Source of the DNA: Salinispira sp.
Lineage (GTDB): Bacteria; Spirochaetota; Spirochaetia; DSM-27196; Salinispiraceae
DNA: 64,000 nucleotides
Direction: 5' to 3'
Assembly (NCBI GenBank): GCA_965602015.1
Contig: OZ271918.1
Coordinates: 2,784,001-2,848,000, forward strand
This document shows, one piece after another, positions 9,425-17,972 of the stretch. Positions within the stretch are counted from its first letter, which is position 1, and each line of letters starts with the position of its first letter. The notes under the pieces were generated by a model that saw nothing but the letters and a program-made list of their open reading frames with translations, was not told where the DNA came from and made no database searches. The translations under genes were made by a program, and so were the position numbers.

Positions 9425-10836
9425 AAAACCGCCGCCCCTGCGCCGTCCTGGCTGCTGGCGGTCTGATCACTCGCGGACTGGCCGCTGCCGGTCTGGCCGC
9501 TGTCCCCGGTCCCGCCGCCGGTCTGGCCACTGCCGGTCTGGCCACTGTCCCCGGTCCCGCCGCTGGACCCGGTCGCGCCGCTGGCCTGGTCCCCGGTCCC
9601 GCCGCCAGTCTGGTTGCCGCCGTCCTGGCTGCCGGCGGCTTCATCGCCGGGTGTGCCGGCCGAAGCTCCGGCAGGGAGGGTCGATTCATCGGGAAGGGCT
9701 TTTTCTATTTTGCCGCTTCCGATGCACTCGTCATCAAGGTAAAAAACGGCAAATTGGCCGGGGGCAAGTCCCTTGTCGCCTTCTTCCATGGCAACCGCCA
9801 GGCGAAAGTCGCCGTTTTTCCGGACTGCCCTGGGCAGGGATGCCAGGGCCAGGTCCGTGCTCTCGGCTGGCCGGACAACGCAGGCATCCATCCGGGGCCC
9901 GTGCCGCAGTTTGAGGCTGAAGCGGCGCCCCTCGGGGGGCGTGCCGCCGGCAATCCAGTCCGGCCTGACCGAAGAGATCCAGGTAAGCTCAGCGCAGAGA
10001 AAGCGCTTATGAAAGGCATCGCGGATGTCGTCGGCATGGGAGACAAAGACGATGTTATTATCCGGATCCTTGTCGCTGACGTACCAGGGGCCGTTGCCCA
10101 GCCCCAGCCCGCTTCGCTGTCCGATGGTGTGAAACCAAAAGCCCTTGTGGCGCCCCAGCTCTTCCCCGGTTTCCCGGCGGATTATCGGGCCGTCTTTTTC
10201 ACCGAGGTAATGCCGGACAAAATCCGGATACTTTATTTTACCCAGGAAGCAGATGCCCTGGCTGTCTTTGCGGTCCTTGTTCGGCAGGTTGAGCTCGTTC
10301 GCCAGGAGGCGGACTTCGGTTTTTTGCATGTTTCCCAGGGGAAACCACAGGCGGGAAACCTGTTCCTGGCTGAGGTGCGACAGGAAGTAGCTTTGATCCT
10401 TAACGGGGTCCGGGGCCTGGAAAAGATGGTGCTTGCCGTCCTCCCCCAACTCCACCCGGGCGTAGTGTCCGGTCACGACCCGGTCGTAGTGCTCATCGAC
10501 CGAATCAAAGAATGCTCCGAATTTTATCCGCTGATTACAGAAAATATCCGGGCTGGGTGTCCGGCCGCGTTCGAGTTCGGCCAGGGCGTAGGACACGACC
10601 TTGTCGTAGTATTCGAGCTGCAGAGGCAGGATCCGCAGTTCAACACCGGCCTGCTGACAGACCGCCCGGGCATAGGACAGATCTTCCTCCCAGGGGCATT
10701 CGCCCAGGAAGCTGACGTCGTCTTCTAGCCAGATTTTGAGATAGTATGCCGTTACCTGATGGTTCCCGGAGCGCAGCACCTGATGGAGAGCCACCGAGCT
10801 GTCTACACCGCCGGACAGAAGTACCGCGATTTTCAT
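9421..10836 (-). CDS. mnmA: tRNA 2-thiouridine(34) synthase MnmA with low-complexity C-terminal tail
   Basis: SGGVDSSV PP-loop, PDIFCN, TGHYA, KDQSYFL, DSQGICF; start taken as MKIAVLL at 10836. Confidence 0.95.
   Translation of the reverse strand: MKIAVLLSGGVDSSVALHQVLRSGNHQVTAYYLKIWLEDDVSFLGECPWEEDLSYARAVCQQAGVELRILPLQLEYYDKVVSYALAELERGRTPSPDIFCNQRIKFGAFFDSVDEHYDRVVTGHYARVELGEDGKHHLFQAPDPVKDQSYFLSHLSQEQVSRLWFPLGNMQKTEVRLLANELNLPNKDRKDSQGICFLGKIKYPDFVRHYLGEKDGPIIRRETGEELGRHKGFWFHTIGQRSGLGLGNGPWYVSDKDPDNNIVFVSHADDIRDAFHKRFLCAELTWISSVRPDWIAGGTPPEGRRFSLKLRHGPRMDACVVRPAESTDLALASLPRAVRKNGDFRLAVAMEEGDKGLAPGQFAVFYLDDECIGSGKIEKALPDESTLPAGASAGTPGDEAAGSQDGGNQTGGGTGDQASGATGSSGGTGDSGQTGSGQTGGGTGDSGQTGSGQSASDQTASSQDGAGAAVL
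9440..9660 (-). repeat. Degenerate 15/45-bp coding tandem repeat encoding a Gly/Ser/Thr/Gln/Asp tail
   Basis: GGTGDSGQTGSGQ occurs twice, with degenerate flanking units. Confidence 0.8.
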
Positions 10837-10870
10837 AGGGAAGTATTTATGACAGAAAGACTTATATTGT

Positions 10871-11446
10871 TCAAGGTCCGGATGCGCCGCTACCCCTGAG
10901 GTTTCCGACGATGACAAAATCGTTTGATGCGGCGCCGGCGTGACAGGTAATGCATCCCATGAGGCTGCCCTCGGCAATGACCTCGCCGTCCTGGCTGTAC
11001 ACTGCCCAGAACCAGTCGCCGTTTTCCGGATCATAACCAGGCACCTTTGCCATGACCGTGAGGTTTCCCGGCCGCTCGTCTATATCGTAATTATCCTTGA
11101 CGATGATGGTTCCCGCAGGAGCCCGGCCGTCGCCGACGGGAATTGAGGACAGAAGCGCGTCATTCACAAAAATTCGGTGGAAAGCCCCGTGGGGGCTTTG
11201 GCCCAGGCGGAGCCCGTCGTGCTCCGGCCAATAATCATAGCGCCGGAAATCGGTCTCCTGGGTCATCCGCTCCCACAACCGGGCGGCGCTGATTTCCGAG
11301 GCGCTCAGGGGCGGCAGTTCCGGCTCCTGGTATTCGGCGCAGCCGGCCGCAAGGAGGAGCGCCGCCGCTATAACAGCAACCAGCGCCCTGGCTCGCGCTT
11401 TTTTATTTGCATGCGGCGTTTTTCGCCGAATATGCATTGTGTTCAT
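10871..11446 (-). CDS. Cytochrome P460 / c'-beta family lipoprotein
   Basis: Lipobox LAAGC; GTIIVKDNY, VMAK...GDWFW, C-terminal CITCH (10940-10954) followed by NDFV; start overlaps the upstream stop (TAATG). Confidence 0.85.
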   Translation of the reverse strand: MNTMHIRRKTPHANKKARARALVAVIAAALLLAAGCAEYQEPELPPLSASEISAARLWERMTQETDFRRYDYWPEHDGLRLGQSPHGAFHRIFVNDALLSSIPVGDGRAPAGTIIVKDNYDIDERPGNLTVMAKVPGYDPENGDWFWAVYSQDGEVIAEGSLMGCITCHAGAASNDFVIVGNLRGSGASGP

Positions 11447-13689
11447 TATTCTTCTCCCTGCCGGATCTCCGGCGACCGGGCAAATGTAATGGTGAAATGG
11501 GTTCCCCTGCCTTCTTCGGTCCACACGCTGATGCGGCCGCCCAGGGCGGCGACTCCGTCCTGCACCGCGTCGAGGCCGACGCCCCGGCCCGAAAGATCAT
11601 CGGCGGTTTCCCGGGTAGAGAATCCGCTGCTGAACAGCAGGCGGGTCAGCTGGGCGTTATCCGGATTATCACCCTCGGCAATCAAGCCGGCCTTAACGGC
11701 TCGCCGTCGCACTGCAGAGAAATCAATTCCTCCGCCGTCATCGGCGACGATAATCTTGTAGCTGCCGTCGGCCTTTCCGTTGAAGAGGAACTCCAGGGTT
11801 CCGTGTTCGCTCTTGCCGGCGCTTATCCTTTCGAAACGTTCCTCGATACCGTGATCCACCGCATTGCGGACCAGGTGAATCAGCAGGGGCCTGAGCTGCC
11901 GAAACGCCGGAAAATCCCTGAGGTTGCTCCTAAAAGAGGTCTTGATTACCTTTTCCCGCTCGTCCGCCAGCTCGGCGACCATCCGGTCCACCGCCCGGCG
12001 AAACTCAGCCAGGTTGCCACCTCCGGGAGACGAAGCCGGGCTCCCGGCGCCGGTCTGTCCGCCTGCCCGGGAAAAATCCATAAAACGGGACTGAATGTCT
12101 TCAATGCCCCGGATATCGGTCTTCAGGCGTTCAAGTTCCCGCGGGAAGGTCTTCTCTCCATCCCCGCCGCCGGTAAGCGCGGGCAGCGAGTCCTCCAGGG
12201 CGTGAATGCTGTCTCCGATGGCCGCAAAATTCAGATAACGCGCCGTGCCCTTGAGGCTGTGAAGGTCCCGGGAAAGGGAGTTCATATCCGGTTTGCCCCC
12301 ATCGGCGAGCTGCTCCAGCCGTCCGATCAGGTCCTTGGCATCCTCGCTGAACTCGGCAAAGGAACGCGGACCAATGCGCAGCACCGCCGCGATCTGCTCG
12401 AGCTCGGCGTCGCTTCGCTTGCGCTCCCGTTCGAGTTCTTCCTGGACTTCGACGATTCCCGTCCGGTCGGTAAAAATAACCATAACGTTCTCCACCGATT
12501 CCCCGTCCATAATGCGGTAGAACGCCGCGTCGATGACTATCCTCTTTTCTCCGCCCTGATGGTCGGGAACCATGAGCGCCATGTCCTGCAGCGGATTGAT
12601 AGACATTATCATGTCCATTTCAGTGCTCAGGCTCTCAAAAATGACATCGATGAATTCCCGCAATTCCTGACGGGCCTGGGAGTCATCGGATTTATCGGGA
12701 TATACGAACTCATCGAGAAAACGGCCGGCCACTTCTTCGGTACCAAAAAGCCGGGTTATGTATGCCGAATACTGGGAGCTGATTTTCCGGTCCGGCCCGA
12801 TGAGCAGGAGGCCTTCACCGATGTTATCAAGATATTTCTGGTTTTCCTGGTTACGGGCATCGATTACCTGGTTCTCCAGCTCCAGACGGTCCCGGTCCTT
12901 GAGACCGGAAATCATGGTATTGATCTGACCGGCCAGCAGTCCGAACTCGTCCTGGGTGCGGATATCTGCGGCGACGTCCAAATTCCCCTGCCCCACTGTC
13001 TGAACCACGGCGCCGATGCTTCGCACCGGAGAAATTACCACCCGGCGCATAAGACCAAAGAGCACCATGGCAATGACCGCGCCGGTTCCCAGAAAAAACA
13101 GTATGAGGATGTTCCGTCCCCGGTCGATCTGGGTGAACACCCGGTCCAGACTGATGCTGTAATACGCTACCCCTCGCACCAGGTGATCATCGCCGTGGCA
13201 TACCCGACAGTCGGCGGTATTAATAATGGGAAAAAAGAACTCGAGGCGCCGGTCTTCGATGCTCTCCACAACCTGTGGGGTAGAGCTGTTGACCGAACGC
13301 TGGAATGCGGCCTGGCTGACCGGCACGTCCTCCTGCCTGGGCGTTTCATCGAACATCATGAAGTTCTGAAACTCATTCACGAAATCAAGGGTTTCGAAAT
13401 CGCTGAAGGCGACGCTGCCGTCCCTTCGGTAAATCTGCAGCTGATCGACCCCGGGCACCTGCTGCAGATCCTCAATTGTGGATACCGCAAGTGGAGCCTC
13501 GCCGTCCAGCATGATATTGCGGATGACCGCATTGAGAATTTCGTTGGTGATCCGCACGTCCCGCTGGCTGACGTCCAGCAATGCGGTCCGCTGGTTGGCC
13601 ACCGAAATGACAATGGAAAGACTGACGGAAAGCAGCAAGACAGCGACGATTCCCGCAAGGATTTTTAATTGGATCGATACCCTGTTCAT
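11446..13689 (-). CDS. Transmembrane CheA-like histidine kinase: periplasmic c-heme sensor, HAMP, PAS-like, HPt and HATPase; no CheW domain
   Basis: Two TM helices flank PIINTADCRVCH (CRVCH at 13195-13209); HAMP DEFGLLA; HPt LHSLKG; CheA-type HLVRNAVDHGIE, DDGGGID and FSSGFST...SGRGVGLDAV; protein ends right after the ATPase domain. Confidence 0.85.
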   Translation of the reverse strand: MNRVSIQLKILAGIVAVLLLSVSLSIVISVANQRTALLDVSQRDVRITNEILNAVIRNIMLDGEAPLAVSTIEDLQQVPGVDQLQIYRRDGSVAFSDFETLDFVNEFQNFMMFDETPRQEDVPVSQAAFQRSVNSSTPQVVESIEDRRLEFFFPIINTADCRVCHGDDHLVRGVAYYSISLDRVFTQIDRGRNILILFFLGTGAVIAMVLFGLMRRVVISPVRSIGAVVQTVGQGNLDVAADIRTQDEFGLLAGQINTMISGLKDRDRLELENQVIDARNQENQKYLDNIGEGLLLIGPDRKISSQYSAYITRLFGTEEVAGRFLDEFVYPDKSDDSQARQELREFIDVIFESLSTEMDMIMSINPLQDMALMVPDHQGGEKRIVIDAAFYRIMDGESVENVMVIFTDRTGIVEVQEELERERKRSDAELEQIAAVLRIGPRSFAEFSEDAKDLIGRLEQLADGGKPDMNSLSRDLHSLKGTARYLNFAAIGDSIHALEDSLPALTGGGDGEKTFPRELERLKTDIRGIEDIQSRFMDFSRAGGQTGAGSPASSPGGGNLAEFRRAVDRMVAELADEREKVIKTSFRSNLRDFPAFRQLRPLLIHLVRNAVDHGIEERFERISAGKSEHGTLEFLFNGKADGSYKIIVADDGGGIDFSAVRRRAVKAGLIAEGDNPDNAQLTRLLFSSGFSTRETADDLSGRGVGLDAVQDGVAALGGRISVWTEEGRGTHFTITFARSPEIRQGEE

Positions 13690-13697
13690 AAACCGGC

Positions 13698-14165
13698 CTA
13701 CGCGATGTCACGCAGGGACACGTTAACCGAAAACTTGCCAATGTCGCTTTCGAAGGGGATAACGATGACCGGGATTCCTTCTGGCCAGTGGATTTTGTAT
13801 TCCTTGCCGGTGACCACCCCCGGGAGGGATATTTCGATGCGAAATTCCGTGAGACCCTGTTTGGCGTTGCCGGCTATGATATTGATCATTTCGCCCACGC
13901 CGTCTATCACTTCATTGCTCAATGCCCGGTACTGCCGCTGCTCCATTTTGGATACCGCTTCGATTGAGGTTTCCCGGCTGAAACTGAGAACTACCGCCCC
14001 CTTTGTTTCACCGGCGAGTCCGATAATGCCCGAAACTTCCAGGAGATTGCTGTCATCGGTCTTGAGGAATGGCGCCCCGGGAACCACCGGTACCCCGAGA
14101 AACTCGGTGAACAGATTATGCGTGGCTTGAATAAACGGGTTGATGTATTTGGCTTTCAAAGGCAA
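13698..14165 (-). CDS. cheX: Chemotaxis phosphatase CheX
   Basis: YINPFI, VSGIIGLAG, GEMINIIAGNAK (E-x2-N), ISLPGVVTG. Confidence 0.92.
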   Translation of the reverse strand: MPLKAKYINPFIQATHNLFTEFLGVPVVPGAPFLKTDDSNLLEVSGIIGLAGETKGAVVLSFSRETSIEAVSKMEQRQYRALSNEVIDGVGEMINIIAGNAKQGLTEFRIEISLPGVVTGKEYKIHWPEGIPVIVIPFESDIGKFSVNVSLRDIA

Positions 14166-14219
14166 ATCCTTTCTCTTCTCTGCCCGGGACTGGTGCCGGA
14201 GCAGGCTGGCCGGCGGGGA

Positions 14220-14588
14220 CTAGTGAACGTAGTCCTTGATTTTCTCCCACAGGGTGTTGCCCCGCACGGGTTTTACAACGTAGTTGGTGACGCCGGCCTT
14301 GATGGCCTCCATTACATTGTACTTCGCTGATTCGGATGTGATCATGATGATAGGCGTCTTGGCGTACTTGTCGGACGACCGCAGATGCTTGACGAAGCTC
14401 AGCCCGTCGAGCTTGGGCATGTTCCAGTCCACCAGGAAGAGGTCGAAGGTCTTGTCCTCCGCCAGCAGCAGGGCGCTCTTTCCATCCGGCGCCTCGGTGA
14501 TATCGTCCTCGCTGATGTGCTGCTCCAGGAGGGTGTTTTTATGAATGCGGCGCATGACGCCAGAATCGTCGACGATGAGGATTTTCAT
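14220..14588 (-). CDS. cheY: CheY-like single-domain response regulator
   Basis: ILIVDD, LVDWNMP, IIMITS, YVVKP; RBS gggag before the ATG at 14588. Confidence 0.85.
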   Translation of the reverse strand: MKILIVDDSGVMRRIHKNTLLEQHISEDDITEAPDGKSALLLAEDKTFDLFLVDWNMPKLDGLSFVKHLRSSDKYAKTPIIMITSESAKYNVMEAIKAGVTNYVVKPVRGNTLWEKIKDYVH

Positions 14589-14615
14589 TGTTGTCTCCCG
14601 CTTAAGCTTAGCCAT

Positions 14616-14643
14616 TTATCGTCTGGGCGTATAGGTAAATTAG
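14616..14643 (-). promoter_or_regulatory. Putative sigma28 (FliA) promoter
   Basis: Minus strand reads TAAT-N15-GACGATAA against consensus TAAA-N15-GCCGATAA, 27 nt before cheY. Confidence 0.55.
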
Positions 14644-14674
14644 CGGTATTCATGAGAATCAATGGCTATTGACC

Positions 14675-14705
14675 AAAAAAAGGCGCTCCCTCAAAGGGAG
14701 CGCCT
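14675..14705 (-). terminator. Rho-independent terminator of the upstream outer-membrane protein gene
   Basis: aggcgctccct-caa-agggagcgcct hairpin with an A7 run on the left (U tract on the minus strand). Confidence 0.9.
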
Positions 14706-14724
14706 CATTAGGGCAAGCGTCGAA

Positions 14725-16395
14725 TTACTCGAGTCCGACGATAAGTTGAACGTCCAGAGAATCAAACACAAAGAGGTTGGATCCGTTAAGCTGAAGATCT
14801 GCCCGAACACCTTCTCCTAAATCGAAGGTCAGGCCAAAGCTGTGCTGAAAATCAAATGCCCAAAAATGATCCACTTCCCTGGTGGTATTACCGCCGCCAA
14901 CGGTGGTCGTGGGAGTCGTACCCTGACTGACATCGTTGATGTCGAAGGTTTCGACGCTGGAAGCCGCATTGGTATCGTTGCTGACTACCTCACGAGTATA
15001 GCTCATGCTCGCATCGGCGCCCATGATGACTCCGAAAAACCAGCCTTCGGGTTCCACAACTGCGGCCATGGGGATGTTCGCAGCAATTGTCGTACTGACA
15101 GTGGAATCATCCGTAGCGACTTCGGTAAAAGTCGTAGTCTGGTAAGAGACGATGTTGTCATATGCCCCGTCGCCGGTAGTATCTGAAACAGATTTGATGG
15201 CGTTCTCGGTGAGGGTCAGGTTTGTCTCGGGAGTCACATCGAGAAAGAATCCAAGAGACGGCTCAATTCCCACAGTGAGGAATGATGCAGGGTTATAGTA
15301 GAAGCTGTGGCTGGCTCCCACGTTGAAATTCATATCGAGATTGCCGCGATAGGTGAGAGTCTGATCCACACTGGTGCCGCCGGCAACAAAGGTTCCTGCC
15401 GCTCGTCCACCCGCATAGTCATTTACCACTGTCACGTCGTCAATGACAAAATTACGGGAATGCATTGTGAAGCTCAAACCACCGCCGACTTTGAAATCGT
15501 TCATTTCGTGCTCTCCGAAGAGGGCAGGAAGGGTGAGAATGTAGTTGGGACTGATGTTGATTTCAGTCGTAACATCCTTCGTGGAGTCGGTTGAAAGGGC
15601 AAGGCCCGCTGTTGCAATTTCCGGCAGGGTTGTCAACGTCTCTTCGGTAGATGTCGAATTATTTAGCCTGTCGTAGGTGAGGTTAAAGGTTATGAGATGG
15701 GCTAAATCACCGGTTGTCAAAAACACCGGAACACCAAGGGTAATTACCGTCGCGGTACCGCCGGCGTCCCGTTCCTTGGTCTCCTGAACATAATCGGTTT
15801 GCTGTGACGGTGTATCAACCGCCGGGGCGGCGGCGCCGTTGTAATTCTGGGTGAATGTTTCATCGAAGTTGTTGGCTGCCGCAGCATTGTCATCGATAAA
15901 AATATCCAGGTAGGCACCTACGTTCAATCCGCCCAGACCAATGAGGAACTGTGCCTCGGTGCTGAAGGTATTGAATGCCTGTGCCTGAAAGTTGACCGCT
16001 GTATTGCTACCGACGTACTGACCGCCGCCGTCGTTTGCGAGGGTGTCGGTATCAGAACTGATATCTACCGCAGTAATGGTTGTGGCATTCATGGTGCCGA
16101 CTACGGACATGGGCTGCTCGCCGGGCAAATAGAGCCCGATAAACGGCAGATTGCCCCCGGGGCCGAAAGTGTTTGCCCGTAGATCGAGGTTTTCAAGACC
16201 GCCGAAGAAGTACTTCTTCTCCAGACCGCTGAATGACCCTCCATACAGGGTTTCATCAACATTGAGAGAGTAATCCAACTCGTTGCTGAAAATATCGAAC
16301 GTCAACCTTTCCAGCAGCGAACCAGTCACGTACTGGGCTGATAGCGATGCGCCTAAGAGGGCAAAAATCGCCAGAAATAATACAAGTCGCTTCAT
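14725..16395 (-). CDS. Putative outer-membrane beta-barrel / surface protein
   Basis: Signal peptide MKRLVLFLAIFALLGASLSA; Thr/Asp-rich amphipathic strands; GGAGG RBS; own terminator. Confidence 0.6.
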   Translation of the reverse strand: MKRLVLFLAIFALLGASLSAQYVTGSLLERLTFDIFSNELDYSLNVDETLYGGSFSGLEKKYFFGGLENLDLRANTFGPGGNLPFIGLYLPGEQPMSVVGTMNATTITAVDISSDTDTLANDGGGQYVGSNTAVNFQAQAFNTFSTEAQFLIGLGGLNVGAYLDIFIDDNAAAANNFDETFTQNYNGAAAPAVDTPSQQTDYVQETKERDAGGTATVITLGVPVFLTTGDLAHLITFNLTYDRLNNSTSTEETLTTLPEIATAGLALSTDSTKDVTTEINISPNYILTLPALFGEHEMNDFKVGGGLSFTMHSRNFVIDDVTVVNDYAGGRAAGTFVAGGTSVDQTLTYRGNLDMNFNVGASHSFYYNPASFLTVGIEPSLGFFLDVTPETNLTLTENAIKSVSDTTGDGAYDNIVSYQTTTFTEVATDDSTVSTTIAANIPMAAVVEPEGWFFGVIMGADASMSYTREVVSNDTNAASSVETFDINDVSQGTTPTTTVGGGNTTREVDHFWAFDFQHSFGLTFDLGEGVRADLQLNGSNLFVFDSLDVQLIVGLE

Positions 16396-16535
16396 GTGTA
16401 CCTCCGTGGTTTTGTACTCACCTATCATTTTATATCCCAGTCTGAAAAAAACAAGGTCCGGTATCGCCTTTCCGGATTATTTAAAGCATTTGGAATAATT
16501 CTTGAAATTTCTTAATCCCGACCTATTCTCAAAGA

Positions 16536-17858
16536 TTATTCCCTGACAGCGACGACCGCCTCGCTCCCCTCCCGATGGATCACCGGAACAAGGGGAATGA
16601 TTATCGCCATGCCGATGACGTAGATTCCGGCGGTAATGAGGAAGCAGAGGCGGAAGTTGTCGTCGCCGATGAGAAAGCCCCCGAGCAGGGCCGACACGTT
16701 CCAGAACAGGCCCCAGGCAACGGTCTGCAGACTGCTCCAGACGCCGCGCTGTTTCTTGTTCACATAGTCCATGACTATTGACCGGCTCAGGGGGCTGGTG
16801 GCGTTCATCAGGGCTCCCCGGACCAGAAACAGGGGAATCATCAGCCAGAGTGAGGGGTAGAATGCCAGAGCGACCAGGGCGGCGATGGAAAACGCCTGGA
16901 GGATGAGGATCATTTCCGCCCGGCCCCGGCGGCGGGAGAACTTCTGGGCAGCCACGGTGGCGGCTCCGGTGAGCAACAGCCCGGCTCCCATGATTCCCTG
17001 GACCGCGATGGGCTGAAGGCTGTAAATCGCCCGGAAGAACACCGGGAAGAATTTTACCGTCATTCCGGCGCCGAAACCGATAATAAAACTGGATGCCAGG
17101 AAGATATGGGGAATGTACCTGGCGCCCTTGCGGCGAACGGCGTCCATCCGCTGCCGGCGTCGCGAACGGGCGCTGGTGTCCGCCGAGTCGGCAGCCGGGC
17201 CGAATTTCTCATCCTGATGGCCGATATTGGAAAGCAGGGCCTCGCTTTCTGCACCCAGGGATTCCTCGCTTCGCACATTCAGAATGATCAGGCTGGATAT
17301 AAATGAGAACACGATTCCCACCGCCATAACAGAACGGAGAATCTCGATGTCCCAGCGGTCTCCTAAAAAAAGAAAGAGCAGGATGTTTAAAAGAGGACCG
17401 GTGCCCATGCCGAGCTGATCGATCAGGTGGGCCTTGGAATATATGCCCGAGCGGTCGCCACTCACCGTGCTGTTGGCAAGCATGGACTCCGCCGCCGGCC
17501 GGGAAAAACCCTGAAACATGCCCCAGAGGAACAGGCCGACAACTATGCCCGCCAGCTCAGCGCTGAGTAGCAGAACCGTTAGGCCCGCCACCCCCACCCC
17601 GGCGGCCAGTAGCAGGGTTCCCTTGATAGACCACTTGTCCGCCAGAATGCCCCCGGGCAGTACGGAAATGAGCAGGGCAACACCGGTTACCGCAGAGGTG
17701 GCCCCGAGAAGCTCGTTGGGGGTCAGGCCGAGGATGCCGCTGGAGCTTTCGGCGAGAAGGACGATGTACAGGCTGAGGATGTTTCCCATCCAGATGCCCC
17801 GGCCAAGGCTCTGCATTCCCGTGAATGCATAGAAGGTTTTCACATTTCGGTTGGTCAT
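16536..17858 (-). CDS. MFS transporter
   Basis: About 12 hydrophobic segments; GGILADKWS motif A; central loop. Confidence 0.88.
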   Translation of the reverse strand: MTNRNVKTFYAFTGMQSLGRGIWMGNILSLYIVLLAESSSGILGLTPNELLGATSAVTGVALLISVLPGGILADKWSIKGTLLLAAGVGVAGLTVLLLSAELAGIVVGLFLWGMFQGFSRPAAESMLANSTVSGDRSGIYSKAHLIDQLGMGTGPLLNILLFLFLGDRWDIEILRSVMAVGIVFSFISSLIILNVRSEESLGAESEALLSNIGHQDEKFGPAADSADTSARSRRRQRMDAVRRKGARYIPHIFLASSFIIGFGAGMTVKFFPVFFRAIYSLQPIAVQGIMGAGLLLTGAATVAAQKFSRRRGRAEMILILQAFSIAALVALAFYPSLWLMIPLFLVRGALMNATSPLSRSIVMDYVNKKQRGVWSSLQTVAWGLFWNVSALLGGFLIGDDNFRLCFLITAGIYVIGMAIIIPLVPVIHREGSEAVVAVRE

Positions 17859-17972
17859 GGGCGCAAGAATACCCTCCATAGCCAGGACTGACCAGCGGCG
17901 GACGACGACTTTCCTTGCGAAAACGCCGTACAGGACTTTATAATGACATCACTCATCAAGGGGGTATTCTTT

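Noticed and set aside
8225..9466. 413-aa plus-strand ORF, and similar long antisense ORFs at 48564-49946, 52958-54019 and 54809-55831
   Set aside because: Each lies opposite a clearly identified gene and has no recognisable domain
11407..13668. 753-aa plus-strand ORF
   Set aside because: Antisense shadow of the CheA-like kinase with no motifs; expected in high-GC DNA
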